Shown: piece after piece, positions 49,357 to 60,473 of the stretch | How the letters are laid out: every line of letters begins with the position of its first letter | Numbering within the stretch: position 1 is the stretch's first letter | NCBI GenBank assembly: GCA_043228905.1 | Contig: JBHGNT010000005.1 | Location: 13,144,001 to 13,208,000, forward strand | Length of the DNA: 64,000 nt | Direction of reading: 5' to 3' | Source of the DNA: Azolla caroliniana | Lineage: Eukaryota > Plantae > Polypodiophyta | Translations under genes and position numbers: made by a program | The notes under the pieces: generated by a model | Database searches by the model: none | What the model saw: the letters and a program-made list of their open reading frames with translations, nothing else | Told to the model about the DNA's origin: nothing

Positions 49357-49958
49357 GGGAACACGGACACAACGGAAGTCGATGCCATCGTGGGAGAACC
49401 GACGGATCGGCAAGCGCCGGAGTCACAACAACGTGAGTGCTGAGATGGGCCTATTGAGCAGACATGCCGACCGAGAGGGTCGAGGCACGCAGAACCAAAG
49501 GGGTCGCGACAAACGGGACCGGACCGGACTAGGAGCGCGAGCAAGACGGAGTGATGCCAGGAGGAGTCGGTTGAAAGAACCGACTGCCACAGAGGTCGAC
49601 ACTACGACCCCACCTCAGGTTGAGCTTGAGGGGGAGTGTTGAGGGGCAAGCTCAACCGGAGCCGGATCGACTGAATAAGCCGGAGCCGGTAAGCGAGACG
49701 GATCGGGCGAATCGGATCGGTATGACGGTGAGCAACCGAACCGGCAAGCAGTGGAGGCCGGGTGCAATCCGTAACCGGCAGTCCAATCGGAAGCCTAGAA
49801 TAGGATAAACTACTAGGTATCTATAGTCTCGTAGTAAGTGTCAGATGCTCGTGTGAGCATTGAAGTACATGGTACTTCTGTCAGTCCCAAGAGGACTTGT
49901 ATAAATAGTGCTACCTAGCACAGTGTGTATGTAGAGTCTTGATATAATTTTGAAATTA

Positions 49959-50010
<52 letters not shown>

Positions 50011-50442
50011 TGTTCTCTGGTTTACGTTTCCGCAAACACTCACGTTTACACTTTGCAAGGAGTGCGGGTCGATATACTGCTCGAATACAGAGCATGTCCA
50101 CTCTTGATATCTGTGGTCGGCAAAGCCACAACCTTTTGAAATCTTGATTGCCATGCCATAACTCCCCCTACATAGGTCATCACATATCCTGATATGGATC
50201 GATTGGAATCTACATTACCCAACATATCAGAATTTGTGAAACCTTCAAGCATAGGTATTTCGGAGCCATACCGAAGGCATACACTCAAAGTGTCTTTCAA
50301 GTATCTGAGTATCCATTTCATTGCATCCCAATGCTCCTTTCCAAGATTGCTTATGTATCAACTGACTATCCAAACAACAAATGCAATGTCTAGCCTAATG
50401 CAAACTATAGCATACAGATATATTAGGCTCACAACAGTTCAG

Positions 50443-50813
50443 TGTTACCCGTATGACATGTACGGGGAAGGTGAGAAACTATAGTTGTGTTGTTGTGTAT
50501 GTTTAAGGTATACGAGTGTGAGTGTGAGGATAAATATGAGTATGTGAACACATGCACATTTGTGTGCATGTGTACACATATGAGAAAGTGTGTGTAAACG
50601 GTGAGAAGGTTATGGAGCTACCCTAACATTCTTGATTTGTAATAGTTACCTCTTGTACATATATAAACCCCACCCATGGGGCATGAAAAGCAATAGAAGA
50701 AGTTTCTTTCCAATTTGTGTTTGTCTCTCTTTCTCTATTCTCTCTCTCTCCTTCTTGCTCAAACTTCCTTGGGAGGGGGGTGGAGCCAAGACTCCATCCC
50801 CCACCCAAAAACA
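50443..50813 (+). repeat. Solo LTR (371 bp), family unknown
   Basis: TG..CA, TSD TTCAG/TTGAG (1 mismatch), TATATAAA followed by a CT-rich tract; host copia frame restored on removal. Confidence 0.7.
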
Positions 50814-50833
50814 TTGAGGCATACGGAACCCGT

Positions 50834-51828
50834 TGTCATGAAGATCCGTCACTACGTGCAGATCGTGAGGCAGAACCGCCGGGGTTCTAGACCGAAAGGA
50901 TTCGAAGTTTGCACTAGCTTTAGCGAGAAAGTATTTAAGATAGATTGAAAGAGAGAGAGATTGAGATAAGATAGAACACTTGACTTTAGATTTGAGAGAC
51001 AAGATTAATACATCACAAAAATGGGATAACAAATATTCTTCCTCTTAATTTTTTCATTAATATTAATTTTGATATAAAGTACAAAGCTTGCTTGATTCAT
51101 ACCTCTTTTATAGATGCCCCCATGCATGTGGTGCATGTGAGGGTGCAAGTCATGCACGTAATGCATGAAATGCATGCAATGCATGTTTACCATGTCATCA
51201 TCTAAGCTCTCATGTATGAGAATTTACATATAAAATGATCAAAGTAAAAATTTTGAAGATATGACTTGGCTTAGTGGTAAGCCTATTGACTTCCAACTTG
51301 GAGGTGCAAGGTTCAAGCCTTGCTCACATCGGTCTGTCCTGGCCGGTTCAATCCGATCCCGATCTAATCCTGTCCATCGCTGGTCACCGTCTTGCCGGCT
51401 CCGTCCGGTTCTGGTCGGCCAAAACCTTTGCAAGTAGTTAGGCCACACCCATTTATCCGGTTAGTTTAGCTCAAGTCACCTTAAACATTCTATGATCCAC
51501 TCATAAACACAAAATAATAGATTTTGGGAATGCTTATATACTTTGGCATCCTTATTTATCTTGTCTATGTGGGATATCTCGTAGTTTTGTTTTTTCTCTT
51601 CTTCTTCGCAAAATTCATACCCACATAACTTGCCACTTAGTTGTCCGTTTCTTATGTGGTAAAGTGTATTCGAAAGCTCTTGAAGACCTCCATCTTTTTG
51701 TACCAAGATATTAAACTAGTATAAAATAGTATCTTCACTATTATTGTTTCATGTCTTGTGTGAAGAAGCACACTCGATTTTGTACATTCCTCGTAATTTT
51801 CACACCATTGCCAAAAATCTTCACGACA
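50834..51828 (-). repeat. Solo LTR A (995 bp, Phygy-type termini)
   Basis: 12-bp terminal inverted repeat TGTCATGAAGAT/ATCTTCACGACA, TSD CCGT/CTGT, TATA on - strand. Confidence 0.85.
51258..51330 (+). other. tRNA-like cloverleaf remnant with Pol III A/B boxes inside solo LTR A
   Basis: Acceptor-like GATATGA/TCACATC, D-arm GGCTTA-GTGG-TAAGCC, T-arm GCAAGG-TTCAAG-CCTTGC; A box 51267, B box 51310; no proper anticodon loop. Confidence 0.78.
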
Positions 51829-51832
51829 CTGT

Positions 51833-52561
51833 TGTCGTGTTCGGCGCCAAATCGTGGCGTGAGTCAGGTGGGAACCGCTACGGTTTTGGACTAAGAAGAG
51901 GAGAGTTTTAAGGCTAATAAGAATATAAATAGATTATAAGAAAGAGATATAGAAAACTTGTGAATCCCACAAGTATAATGAATTTTATTAATCAATATAT
52001 ATATATAAGAATATGAATTTGGATTGAAAGAGAAAATATAGAAACCTCGTGAATCCCACGAGTATAGTTTATTTCGTGAATCCCACGAATATAATTTATT
52101 AATTGGTGTTTTTAGAAATATATCCAATTTCCAAATATTCCACGCCCTTATTACATTGTGCTCCCCATCTTTATATAGTGATGAGAGAGTCTTAGCAATC
52201 CATGCATTTTCTCTAACTATAGACTCCATACTTTTTCTAAAAGTGGTCATGTGTTTTTATTTTTTTTCGACTATAGTGTTCATGCACGCTAGATGTGCAT
52301 GTGTAGCTTTTTCTTTTATCATGCGTTTTCCTAAAGTTTATCCTAGCGTGAACTTACCTTTCTATGCGGGACATCTACTTTTTGACACTAATAATATGTT
52401 AGTGTAATGGTAAGGCTTCACATTATTAACATGGAGGTACAAGGTTCAAATCTTGCCCTATGCATGTATAATGTATTTTAACATTTTCTTCTATTTCTTC
52501 ATATTTATTGAATCGGTTATTTGATACGTTTGTCATGTAGTGTACGAAATACACTACAACA
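51833..52561 (-). repeat. Solo LTR B (729 bp), homologous to the LTR of gypsy copy 1
   Basis: TGTCGT..ACAACA, perfect TSD CTGT; contains A box TAGTGTAATGG 52400 and B box GGTTCAAATCT 52443. Confidence 0.9.
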
Positions 52562-54098
52562 CTGTCTCATCTCAATCTTATCCTTCTCACCTTTCGGACA
52601 TTGACTAGAATTTAGCTTATAGTTTACTGGCAGTACAGATCCAATAGGTTTTGCATTATACATATTTAACCTTTGTAACATTTTTGTCACATATTTCTCT
52701 TGTGATAGCCATAACATATTTTTAGTCCTATCCCGGTTTTGGCGGACCTAAATCCTTCATAGAAAAGTATTTGCTTAGAGCTTTCTTCAAGCTCACAATC
52801 TTGTTCGTATCTTGTCCAACAACCAACATATCATCTACATACAACAAGAGAAGTAGAAAATCAACTTCATCATATATTTTCACAAATACACAATAGTCGG
52901 CTTGTGTTTTGTGGAATCTGTGTTGTAGCATGAAGGATTCAAACTTCTTATACCACAGTTACTATTGAGGGGCTTGTTTCAATCCATACAAGCTCTTCTT
53001 CAATCTACATATTAGATTCTCTTTTCCTTTCACTTCAAAGACCTTAGTGTTGAGGGCGTGGCCATCTAGATGCGGAACAATCTCAACAACTTGTAGTGAA
53101 GATCATTATCATGTACACGTAGAGTGGATTGATGATTATAAGCAGTTGAATCATGTAACAAGATCAACACGAATGCAAGAACAAGAGATGAGAAAGTGTA
53201 GGCACAAGATGAGTTGTATTACTCAAGCTCTCAATGGCACAATATACAAGATGAACCACCTTTTACAAACTAGGTTACAAAGCCCATTATGTACTAACTG
53301 GGCTAGGACAACTGCCCTTTGACATATTTACAGAAATGTCCTAAATCTAGTTTGTCCAGGATACAATGTGAATATGTCCATTATAGACCAATATTCGACA
53401 CTCCTCTGTAACGGGCGTATACAATAGAAATATGTAATAAGGAAAGCAAGTGTAAAATATAGATTTGTACAAGGTTGTTGAACAAATCGGATATTTTGTT
53501 CGAGGCGGTAAACACCGAAAAACAAAAGGCTAAATCGGTTGTAGTCGGAGGGGCTGAGATCGAACCTCGAACAATTGATAATGATTGTTCAAAACCAACC
53601 CAAGTGTCTGATTCAATCGGACTGATTCTTCATTACGCCCATCTCGTGCTAAAGGGATCGAAATCGATTTGTCGAAAGGCACTTGGTCATCCCGTCTGCG
53701 ACGCTATCGGCTATAGGTATCTTCTCGAGACCTATTTTTCCTGAAATGACACAGTCCTGAACAAAGTGATATCAAACGTCGATATGCTTGGACACGTTGT
53801 GATGTTACCATATTTTTCAATAGAGCAACAACGCCCTGACTGTCTTTGTAAAAAACTTGAGCCGAGTCAAATTTGACTTGTCGAAACGTGCATGGTATCC
53901 GGCCGAGCCATAAAGCTTCTTTCGCTGCGTCCGACGCGGCTACGTATTCGGCCCCGGTTGTTGATGTAGTAGTGCACTCCTGGAGTTTCCATTTCCACGA
54001 GATCGCTCCATTTCTACGAGTTCTCTAGCACGTCAACCGGAGAGTAGCATGTCGTCCACGTAGATGATGAGGAAGATGGGTGACCCATCTCGAGTTGT

Positions 54099-57000
54099 TT
54101 TCATGATGTTGCATGTCTAGTGGGAGAAAAAGTGAAAAAGTGTGGTCCACGCACATTGCACAAACACTTATAAATATAAAAATAAATAAATAAACAAGCC
54201 TAGGGCCAAGTGCATACAAAGTAGGGCAAGCAAGATTTTAACCTTGCACTTCCAAGATAGAAGAAATTTATCTTACTAGGGCTACTACCAACTAATATAA
54301 ATATTATGTATTTCTTTTCATATTCGAATTGCATAGGAAACAACTGTACAGAATCGTGTGCACAAAACCATGGTTCCAACCCCATGGTTTTGTGCATGTT
54401 AGAAGCATGAACAGACCTATAAAAACCCTTGTAAGGCTTGTGTAAGGGGGGGCTCGATATGTGATATCATCATCATCATCACCATCAATATGATATTCTT
54501 ATTATTAGTCTTCTTCTTGTTTATTATTATTCTTGTTTATTATTATATTCTTGTTTATCTTCTTCTCGAGTGTACAAATTTCCGATATTCTCAAGTGTAG
54601 CATTGTTTTCTCATAGCTTACATTCACATCGTCCTCTTCTTAATAACTTGACGGACGTCTTCCCTGGTCCGAGACCCCGATGGTCCCGTTCAAGCGAAGC
54701 ATGCACGTGCATTTTCACAACATCTTTTTGGTGAACCTGACGTGAAGAGTGGTAGGGGAGGATGAAGACGGATGAGGAATATCTCATGGATGAAGATGGT
54801 TTAAGAGGCATATGGTTACAAAGAATTTAAGGGACATAGTCTGTACAAGTTCGACCAATGGGTGTAATCAACGAAGACCCACCAGAGTGTTATGAATGCA
54901 TTCGTTGAGTTTGAGTGTCGCTTCGCTCAACTCTCGGAGCGGGATCAAGGATTGGTGGGGGTGAATAAAGTCCTTATGTTCGTAAAGTCGGTTGATCGGA
55001 AGGAAAGGAAGGCAATTGGAATCCATCTTGAAGACGATGATGGAGCAAATGGCCTCCCTAACAATTGGGCCGAAGATGAAAGAGTATGCCGGCGACATGA
55101 CAAGAGGGAGATGGGAATCTTGTCGACATTGTCACGACCCATGAGGGATGATCGAAGAGGGACGACATGTGGCAACATGCCACCATTAATGGACAAGCAC
55201 TCGAAGTGGGGAGATAGGTCGGTACTCGACATAGAGGCCTTCGTAGAGGAGGCCAAAGAGAATTTAAAGGTGCAAGTCAAGGAGCCAAAACCGAGGCTAT
55301 TGGTGATCGAGGAAGAGGAGACCTCCCAACACATTCAGACTAATGATGTGGCCAATATGAAGGCCCAAGTTTGGTATAACAATACCATAGGATAAGGTGT
55401 GGAACAAGAGACCTTCTCAACTTTTGGAGAAACGACGGTCAAGCGAAAGGTCAAAGACTTGAGATTAGGAAATGTTGCTTTAAGAGTGGACGGGCATTTC
55501 AGAACACACATTGTGTATCAAGCATGAGCAAATATTGTGTGATCAAGGGATGTAACGAGTGTGAGGCCGGCGTGATTGAGGAGATAGCCACAAAAAATGG
55601 AATCGAGTCAAAGGTGGCTATGGACGAGTCGATGGTGGATGGCCATGTCGAGACTTTCTCCACACTTGTTCTAGAGACTTGTTCTGCCCAAGCGACGGAC
55701 GGTGGCGGCGAGGAAGCGAAGGCCGAAGCATATACATGTGACGAAGAGGGAACCATAGTCGAGGCTTGCTTCATCAAGAGGGTTAATGGGTACGAGGCCC
55801 ATTAGTCTGAAGAGATAGCCATGGAGAATGACGTCGAGCCGAAGAGGGTAGACAATGATCATGAAGAGACTTTCCCCACAAAGGTTTCAGAGACTTGGGC
55901 ATTAATTGATGTAAGACCCAAGAGACGGAAGGTCAAAGAGGATGTGAACAACCTTAAGGTGGAAGTGGCTTAGGGTATCAGAACAAAGGTGGACTACAAA
56001 AATGCATGGATCCCTGCACACTCATTCGAGAAACTTGGGCATTAACCAATGTAAGACCCAAGAGAAGGACGGTGGCAATGAGGAAGCAAGGGTTGAAGCT
56101 GGTGTGTGTGACAAGGAGGTCAAACATAACTGAACGATGGAAGCCGATGCATGCAACAAAGAGATAGCCAAGGAGATGGCTATAACCAACACGACAAAGG
56201 AAAAGTTCATTGATCAAGATGAGAATTCCTTCACACATGTTCTAGAGACTTGGGCAGTTGCATATGAAAGAAAACATGAGACCCAAGAGACGGAAGGCGG
56301 CAACGAGTGGATTGAGAAAGCCAATGTATACGACAAAGAGACCAAGTGAAGCTCGACAAGGGATGACAAGCGCCAAGCGGGCCAGGTGGATCCAAAGGAT
56401 GTGATCACAACATCTAACAAGGATGACACTAGCATTGTTGTCAACTCTAACACGAGAGTATACCATGAAAGTGGACAAAGTGGGATGCACACAATGTGGT
56501 CACTTAGGAACCTAGCAGTGAGCATGCACTTGAAGAATGGACTACTAAGGGTAGTCAACATCAGTATTTGGATAAGGCCTTGGGAAGGCATACATGAAAC
56601 AAGAAAGGTCGATAAAAGAAAGTTAGGTGACCAAGGAGATGGCCGAGATGAAGGTGGCACATGCATGAGGCATGAAGCATTATGCTCGGGAGGAGCAAAG
56701 GGAGCCATGACAATCACTGATGGCAATGCAAAGAGTGAGCGAGGAATATGGTGGATTGGATGGAGACAATGGTTTGGGTGGAAAGAATGGACATGTTCGA
56801 AGTGGAGCACAAAAGATGGCGTGGGCAAGGCGTATGCAAGGAGGAAATCAAAGGTTGAGAACCTTTGGCCCCACCACATCACTCTTTCTCTTCTTGGCCC
56901 ATGCCAGAGGATGTGCGGTTTGGTGGGGGTGAATGTTGTGATGTTGCATGTCTAGTGGGAGAAAAAGTGAAAACATGTGAATGTTGTGATGTTGCGCGTC

Positions 57001-57529
57001 TAGTGGGAGAAAAAGTGAAAACATGTGGTTCCACGCACATTGCACAAACACTTGTAAATATGAAAATAAATAAATAAACAAGTCTAAGGCCAGTGCATAC
57101 AAAGGGGGGCAAGAAAGATTTGAACCTTGCACTTCCAAGATAGAAGACATTTATCTTATCACTAGGGCTACTATCAAATACTATAAATATTATGTATTTC
57201 TTTTCATATTCAAATTGCGTAGGAAACAACTGTACAAAACCGTGTGCACAAAACCATGGTTTTGTGCATGCCCAAAACGCATGGGTCCAAGCCCATGGTT
57301 TTGTGCATGTTAGAAGCATGGATAGACCTATAAAAACCCCCGTAAGGCTTGTGTAAGGGGGGGCTCAATGTGTGTTATCATCATCATCACCATCAATATA
57401 ATATTCTTCTTCTTATTATTCTTCTTGTTTATCTTCTTCTCGAGTATAACTTGATGGACGTCCTCCCTAGTTTGAGATCCCGGTGATCCCGTTCAAGCGA
57501 AGCACACACGCACACGCATTTTCACGACA
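54099..57529 (+). mobile_element. Complete non-autonomous gag-only LTR element N2 (tRNA-Trp PBS)
   Basis: LTRs ~54099-54722 and 56934/56982-57529, PBS 54729-54745, PPT GGTTTGGTGGGGGTGAA, gag-derived ORF 54892-55395 then acidic repeats; no pol. TSD lost with a ~24-bp flanking deletion. Confidence 0.88.
57116..57170 (-). promoter_or_regulatory. tRNA-derived A/B-box module in N2 LTR U3 (second copy ~54233-54284)
   Basis: TAGCCCTAGTGA...TTGGAAGTGCAAGGTTCAAATCT on - strand, antisense to the element. Confidence 0.68.
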
Positions 57530-57693
57530 TCGCTCTTAGAGAAGCTTACTGATTAGATGAAGTCGTCGAACTTCTTATACAACTGTCGTGATGCCTATTT
57601 TAGGCCGTAAAGACTCTTCCTGAGTTGGCAGACTAGATGTTCTTGGCCGGGTTCAATAAAACCTTTCGGCTGCTCCATATAGATTTCCTCCTC

Positions 57694-57998
57694 TAGGTCA
57701 CCATGGAGGAATGTCGTTTTGACATCGAACTGAATCAACTCCAAATCTTTGGCTGCCACTACGCTGAGCAAGAATAAAAGGGTTGTCATTTTCACTGCTG
57801 GTGAAAATAAACCCACTTGCATGGAAAAGCACGTCGATGTTTCGATAGGTCACCATGAAGGAATGTCGTTTTGACATCGAGCTGAATCAGGTCCAAATCT
57901 TTGGCTGCCACTACACCGAGCAGGAATAAAGGGGTTGTTATTTTCACTACTGGTGAAAATAGACCCACTTGCATGGAAAAGCACGTCGATGTTTCGAT
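57694..57998. repeat. Tandem duplication, 2 x ~152 bp within copia F RT
   Basis: GGTCACCATG at 57696 and 57848; both copies share the same internal deletion junction. Confidence 0.85.
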
Positions 57999-58444
57999 AA
58001 GTCGACCAAGTCCCAAGTCTTATTTTGTTGAATGGAGTTCATTTCCAACTCCATCGCCAGATGCCATGTGGCTAAATTGGTGAATGCCGATGCTTCTTCG
58101 TATGACATTGGTTCGTTGGCGTCCGTAAAGAAGATTCCAAAACAGTACCTCTCTGGGGGCTGTGACAGTCTCTCGGATCTTCAAGGGATGATTGGACTAG
58201 TCGCGTCGGGTATCGGGGTCAGATGGTCCAGAGCCGAACCATTCAATTGTGTTGAGTCGGGTGTTGTCGAGTCGGTGCTAGAGTTTTCGGCTACCCATGA
58301 AGCCGACCTTGTGTTATGTGTTGGGCCTTCATGAAGGGTCGGCACTTCAGAAAAAATTACCCTTCTGACTTTGATAGGCCTTTCGGCCGTCTTATGCATA
58401 ACTGACTCGTTCAACATGACGTCTGAACTTTGGATAATCTGTCT

Positions 58445-58741
58445 GGGTGAAAGCATGGGAATGGGAACAATTAGCTATGTCCTTGACATAGCTAATTAGC
58501 TATCTAATTAGCTACATGTAATCTGTATATTTTGGCAATTTTAGGGATGATTAGAATTTGATCTCAAATAAAGACTAGCTAAACGGTGGACCATAAATGG
58601 TAATATTTCCATCCCCATCATAAATGATACGTATCTTTAAGATCTTCCTACTAAAAATTAGCTATAAAAAAAACTATTTAGCTGTGGTCAATTTACTAGC
58701 TAAATAGCTATAATAGTGTTTCCATTCGCATGCTTTCACCC
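58445..58741. mobile_element. MITE (297 bp), ~24-bp TIRs, 4-bp TSD GTCT
   Basis: GGGTGAAAGCATGGGAATGGGAAC...GTTTCCATTCGCATGCTTTCACCC; removal restores host DPEHRQIIQSS; AT-rich interior with many TAGCTA palindromes. Confidence 0.92.
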
Positions 58742-60473
58742 GTCTATGTTCGGGATCCTAGAGTTGGTAGCCAATTTCGCCATCTGTTCCATAACCAAGG
58801 AAGATACATTTCCTAGACCTTGGTTGAAGTTTGTGGCGATCGTCTTTCGGTATGAGGGCGTATGTCTCGCACCTGAAAATCCTTAGTTTGTCATAATTGA
58901 GCTTACTACCAATCCATAATTCCTGAGGTATTCAAAGTCCTAGAGGCCTACTCAGCGACATATTGATTATGTGTATTGTCGTAACTAGGGGCTCTACCCA
59001 AAAGCCATCCGATAGTTTGGAGTGGTGGAGCATGGATACTACCCTTTTTTAAATTGTCCGATTCATTTGCTCAGCAATTCCATTCTGCTCTAGACTATAA
59101 GGTGTCGTATATTCACGTCTAATGCCATGTTGTCAAAAAAAATTGGCGAATTCTTTAGATTTGAACTCTCCTCCATTATCAGTTCGAAGGCATTTCAGCT
59201 ATTGATTGGATTGGTTCTCCACCATAACGAGCCATTCGGAAAAAATCAAGAACACTTGATATTTGCTTTTGATCAGAAAAGCCCACACCTTCCGAGTCAA
59301 GTCGTCAATAAAGGTGACGAACGAAATACAAAGCACCGTCGAGAGACTGATGTGGCATAGGACCATAGACGTCCAAGTGGACCAAATCAAGTGTACTCGA
59401 TTCTCTCGGTGCTGATGTCGGGTGTGATGTGACTATTTGTTTGCCATATTGACAATGCTCGCAGAATTGATGATCGAAAAAGGAGAGTTTAGGGATTTAT
59501 CCAGCTCTAGAGAGATGCGTGATGTCGGCCTTGTTGAGGTGTCCGAGTCGTCCATGCCATAGTGATGACACGGGGATGTCGACCAGGAACAAGTCACCCT
59601 CTCTGACAGTGACATATAGCGGGTACAGAGAATGTACTTTCGGACCTCAAGCAAGTAGGAGGTTCCCCTTGTGGAGAGTCCACCTTCCTGATGAGAAGCC
59701 AACACAAATGTCGTCTTCATCAAGTTGTCCGAATGAGATCAATGGCCTTCAGAGCTCAGGTACATGTCGGACATTGTGTAGTACCAAAGGAGAGCCACCT
59801 GGAAGGTTTCAAGCTCTATTGTGCCGATTCTGATTATGGCGTAGTATTGCGAATTTCCGACTCGAACTGAGTCAGAATGTTGGACCGAGTATTGTTGAAA
59901 TTGGGATCAGTGAGGGGTCACATGATATGAAGCGCCCGAATCCAAGAGCCATGTGCTCGATTCCTCAATTGTAAGCATAACTTCTTATTTGAGTGGGTTC
60001 TCAATGGATAGTACGTTCGGGTCTCTCGATAGTACTTCGGCTGAAGAGCCGACATAATTGACCTCCTCATGCTGGCCACTCTTCTGATCCACTTGTTGAG
60101 CATTGTCGTTTTTGTCATTGAGTGCATGGTAGTCTGCTTTGATGGGTCCAGGTTTCTTGCAATAATTGCAGACTCGATTGTCCCAAGATTTGCTCCGACT
60201 TCGCTTGTTGTTCAGTTGTCGAGAGGAACTTCTTCCTTGATTGTTTGATCGGTTGGTTGAACCTTGTGCTACATAAGAGTCGTTGGATGAATCATTTACA
60301 AATGATTTTCTCCGAGCTGCTTTAGTCAAAATTGCACTCGTGATTGAGGAGTATTTGACGGCAACGGTTGACGCGTTGCACACAATAGTGACGAAAGTTT
60401 CCCATAAAGAGGGAAGACCACTCATGAGCAACATTGCTCTCAGTTCATCTTTGATCATCATCCCTTGGGCCGC

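Larger units (their letters stand above)
28684..50050 (+). mobile_element. Full-length degenerate Ty1/copia element C hosting two younger insertions
   Basis: LTRs 28684-29077 and 49637-50050, TSD CTTTG, PBS TGGTATCAGAGCG at 29078, PPT 49628-49636; gag (CWYCGKKGHRESEC), PR WYVDSGAS, IN, RT (YVDD), RH with stops, frameshift and small deletions. Confidence 0.95.
28305..50109 (+). repeat. Second chromovirus-related LTR segment (28305-28683 + 50056-50109) carrying a 5S-derived module, split by copia C
   Basis: Its last ~90 bp (…CAAGGAGTGCGGGTCGATATA…GAGCATGTCCACTCTTGATA) match the end of LTR 27843-28304; rejoined across TSD CTTTG. Confidence 0.7.
50110..53047 (-). mobile_element. Old Tork-like copia D fragment (RT-RH) interrupted by three solo LTRs
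   Basis: LLYVDDML, LSQEKYVTK, EMR|RVPYAS|..SL, KWILRYLK, AWQSRFQKVVALPTT rejoin after removing the insertions. Confidence 0.85.
53048..60473 (-). mobile_element. Degenerate copia F (same family as E), interrupted by N2, a MITE and gypsy copy 5
   Basis: 3' LTR 53048-53400 homologous to copia E LTR; RH, RT, IN, PR and gag remnants colinear with E; internal deletions (~54015, ~57810, ~57960). Confidence 0.88.

Noticed and set aside
28341-50109. Solo LTR starting at TGTAACC (28341)
   Set aside because: Flanks GTAGA and TCTGT do not form a TSD; the true 5' end is probably displaced by the chromovirus insertion.
51258-51330. Functional tRNA gene (also 3144, 52400, 57116, 63285)
   Set aside because: No canonical anticodon arm or loop, stems are incomplete, and all copies lie inside LTRs; reported as tRNA-derived modules instead.
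56934-57030. 48-bp duplication at the start of the N2 3' LTR as a mechanistic signal
   Set aside because: Present in only one LTR; most simply a local slippage or repair duplication.
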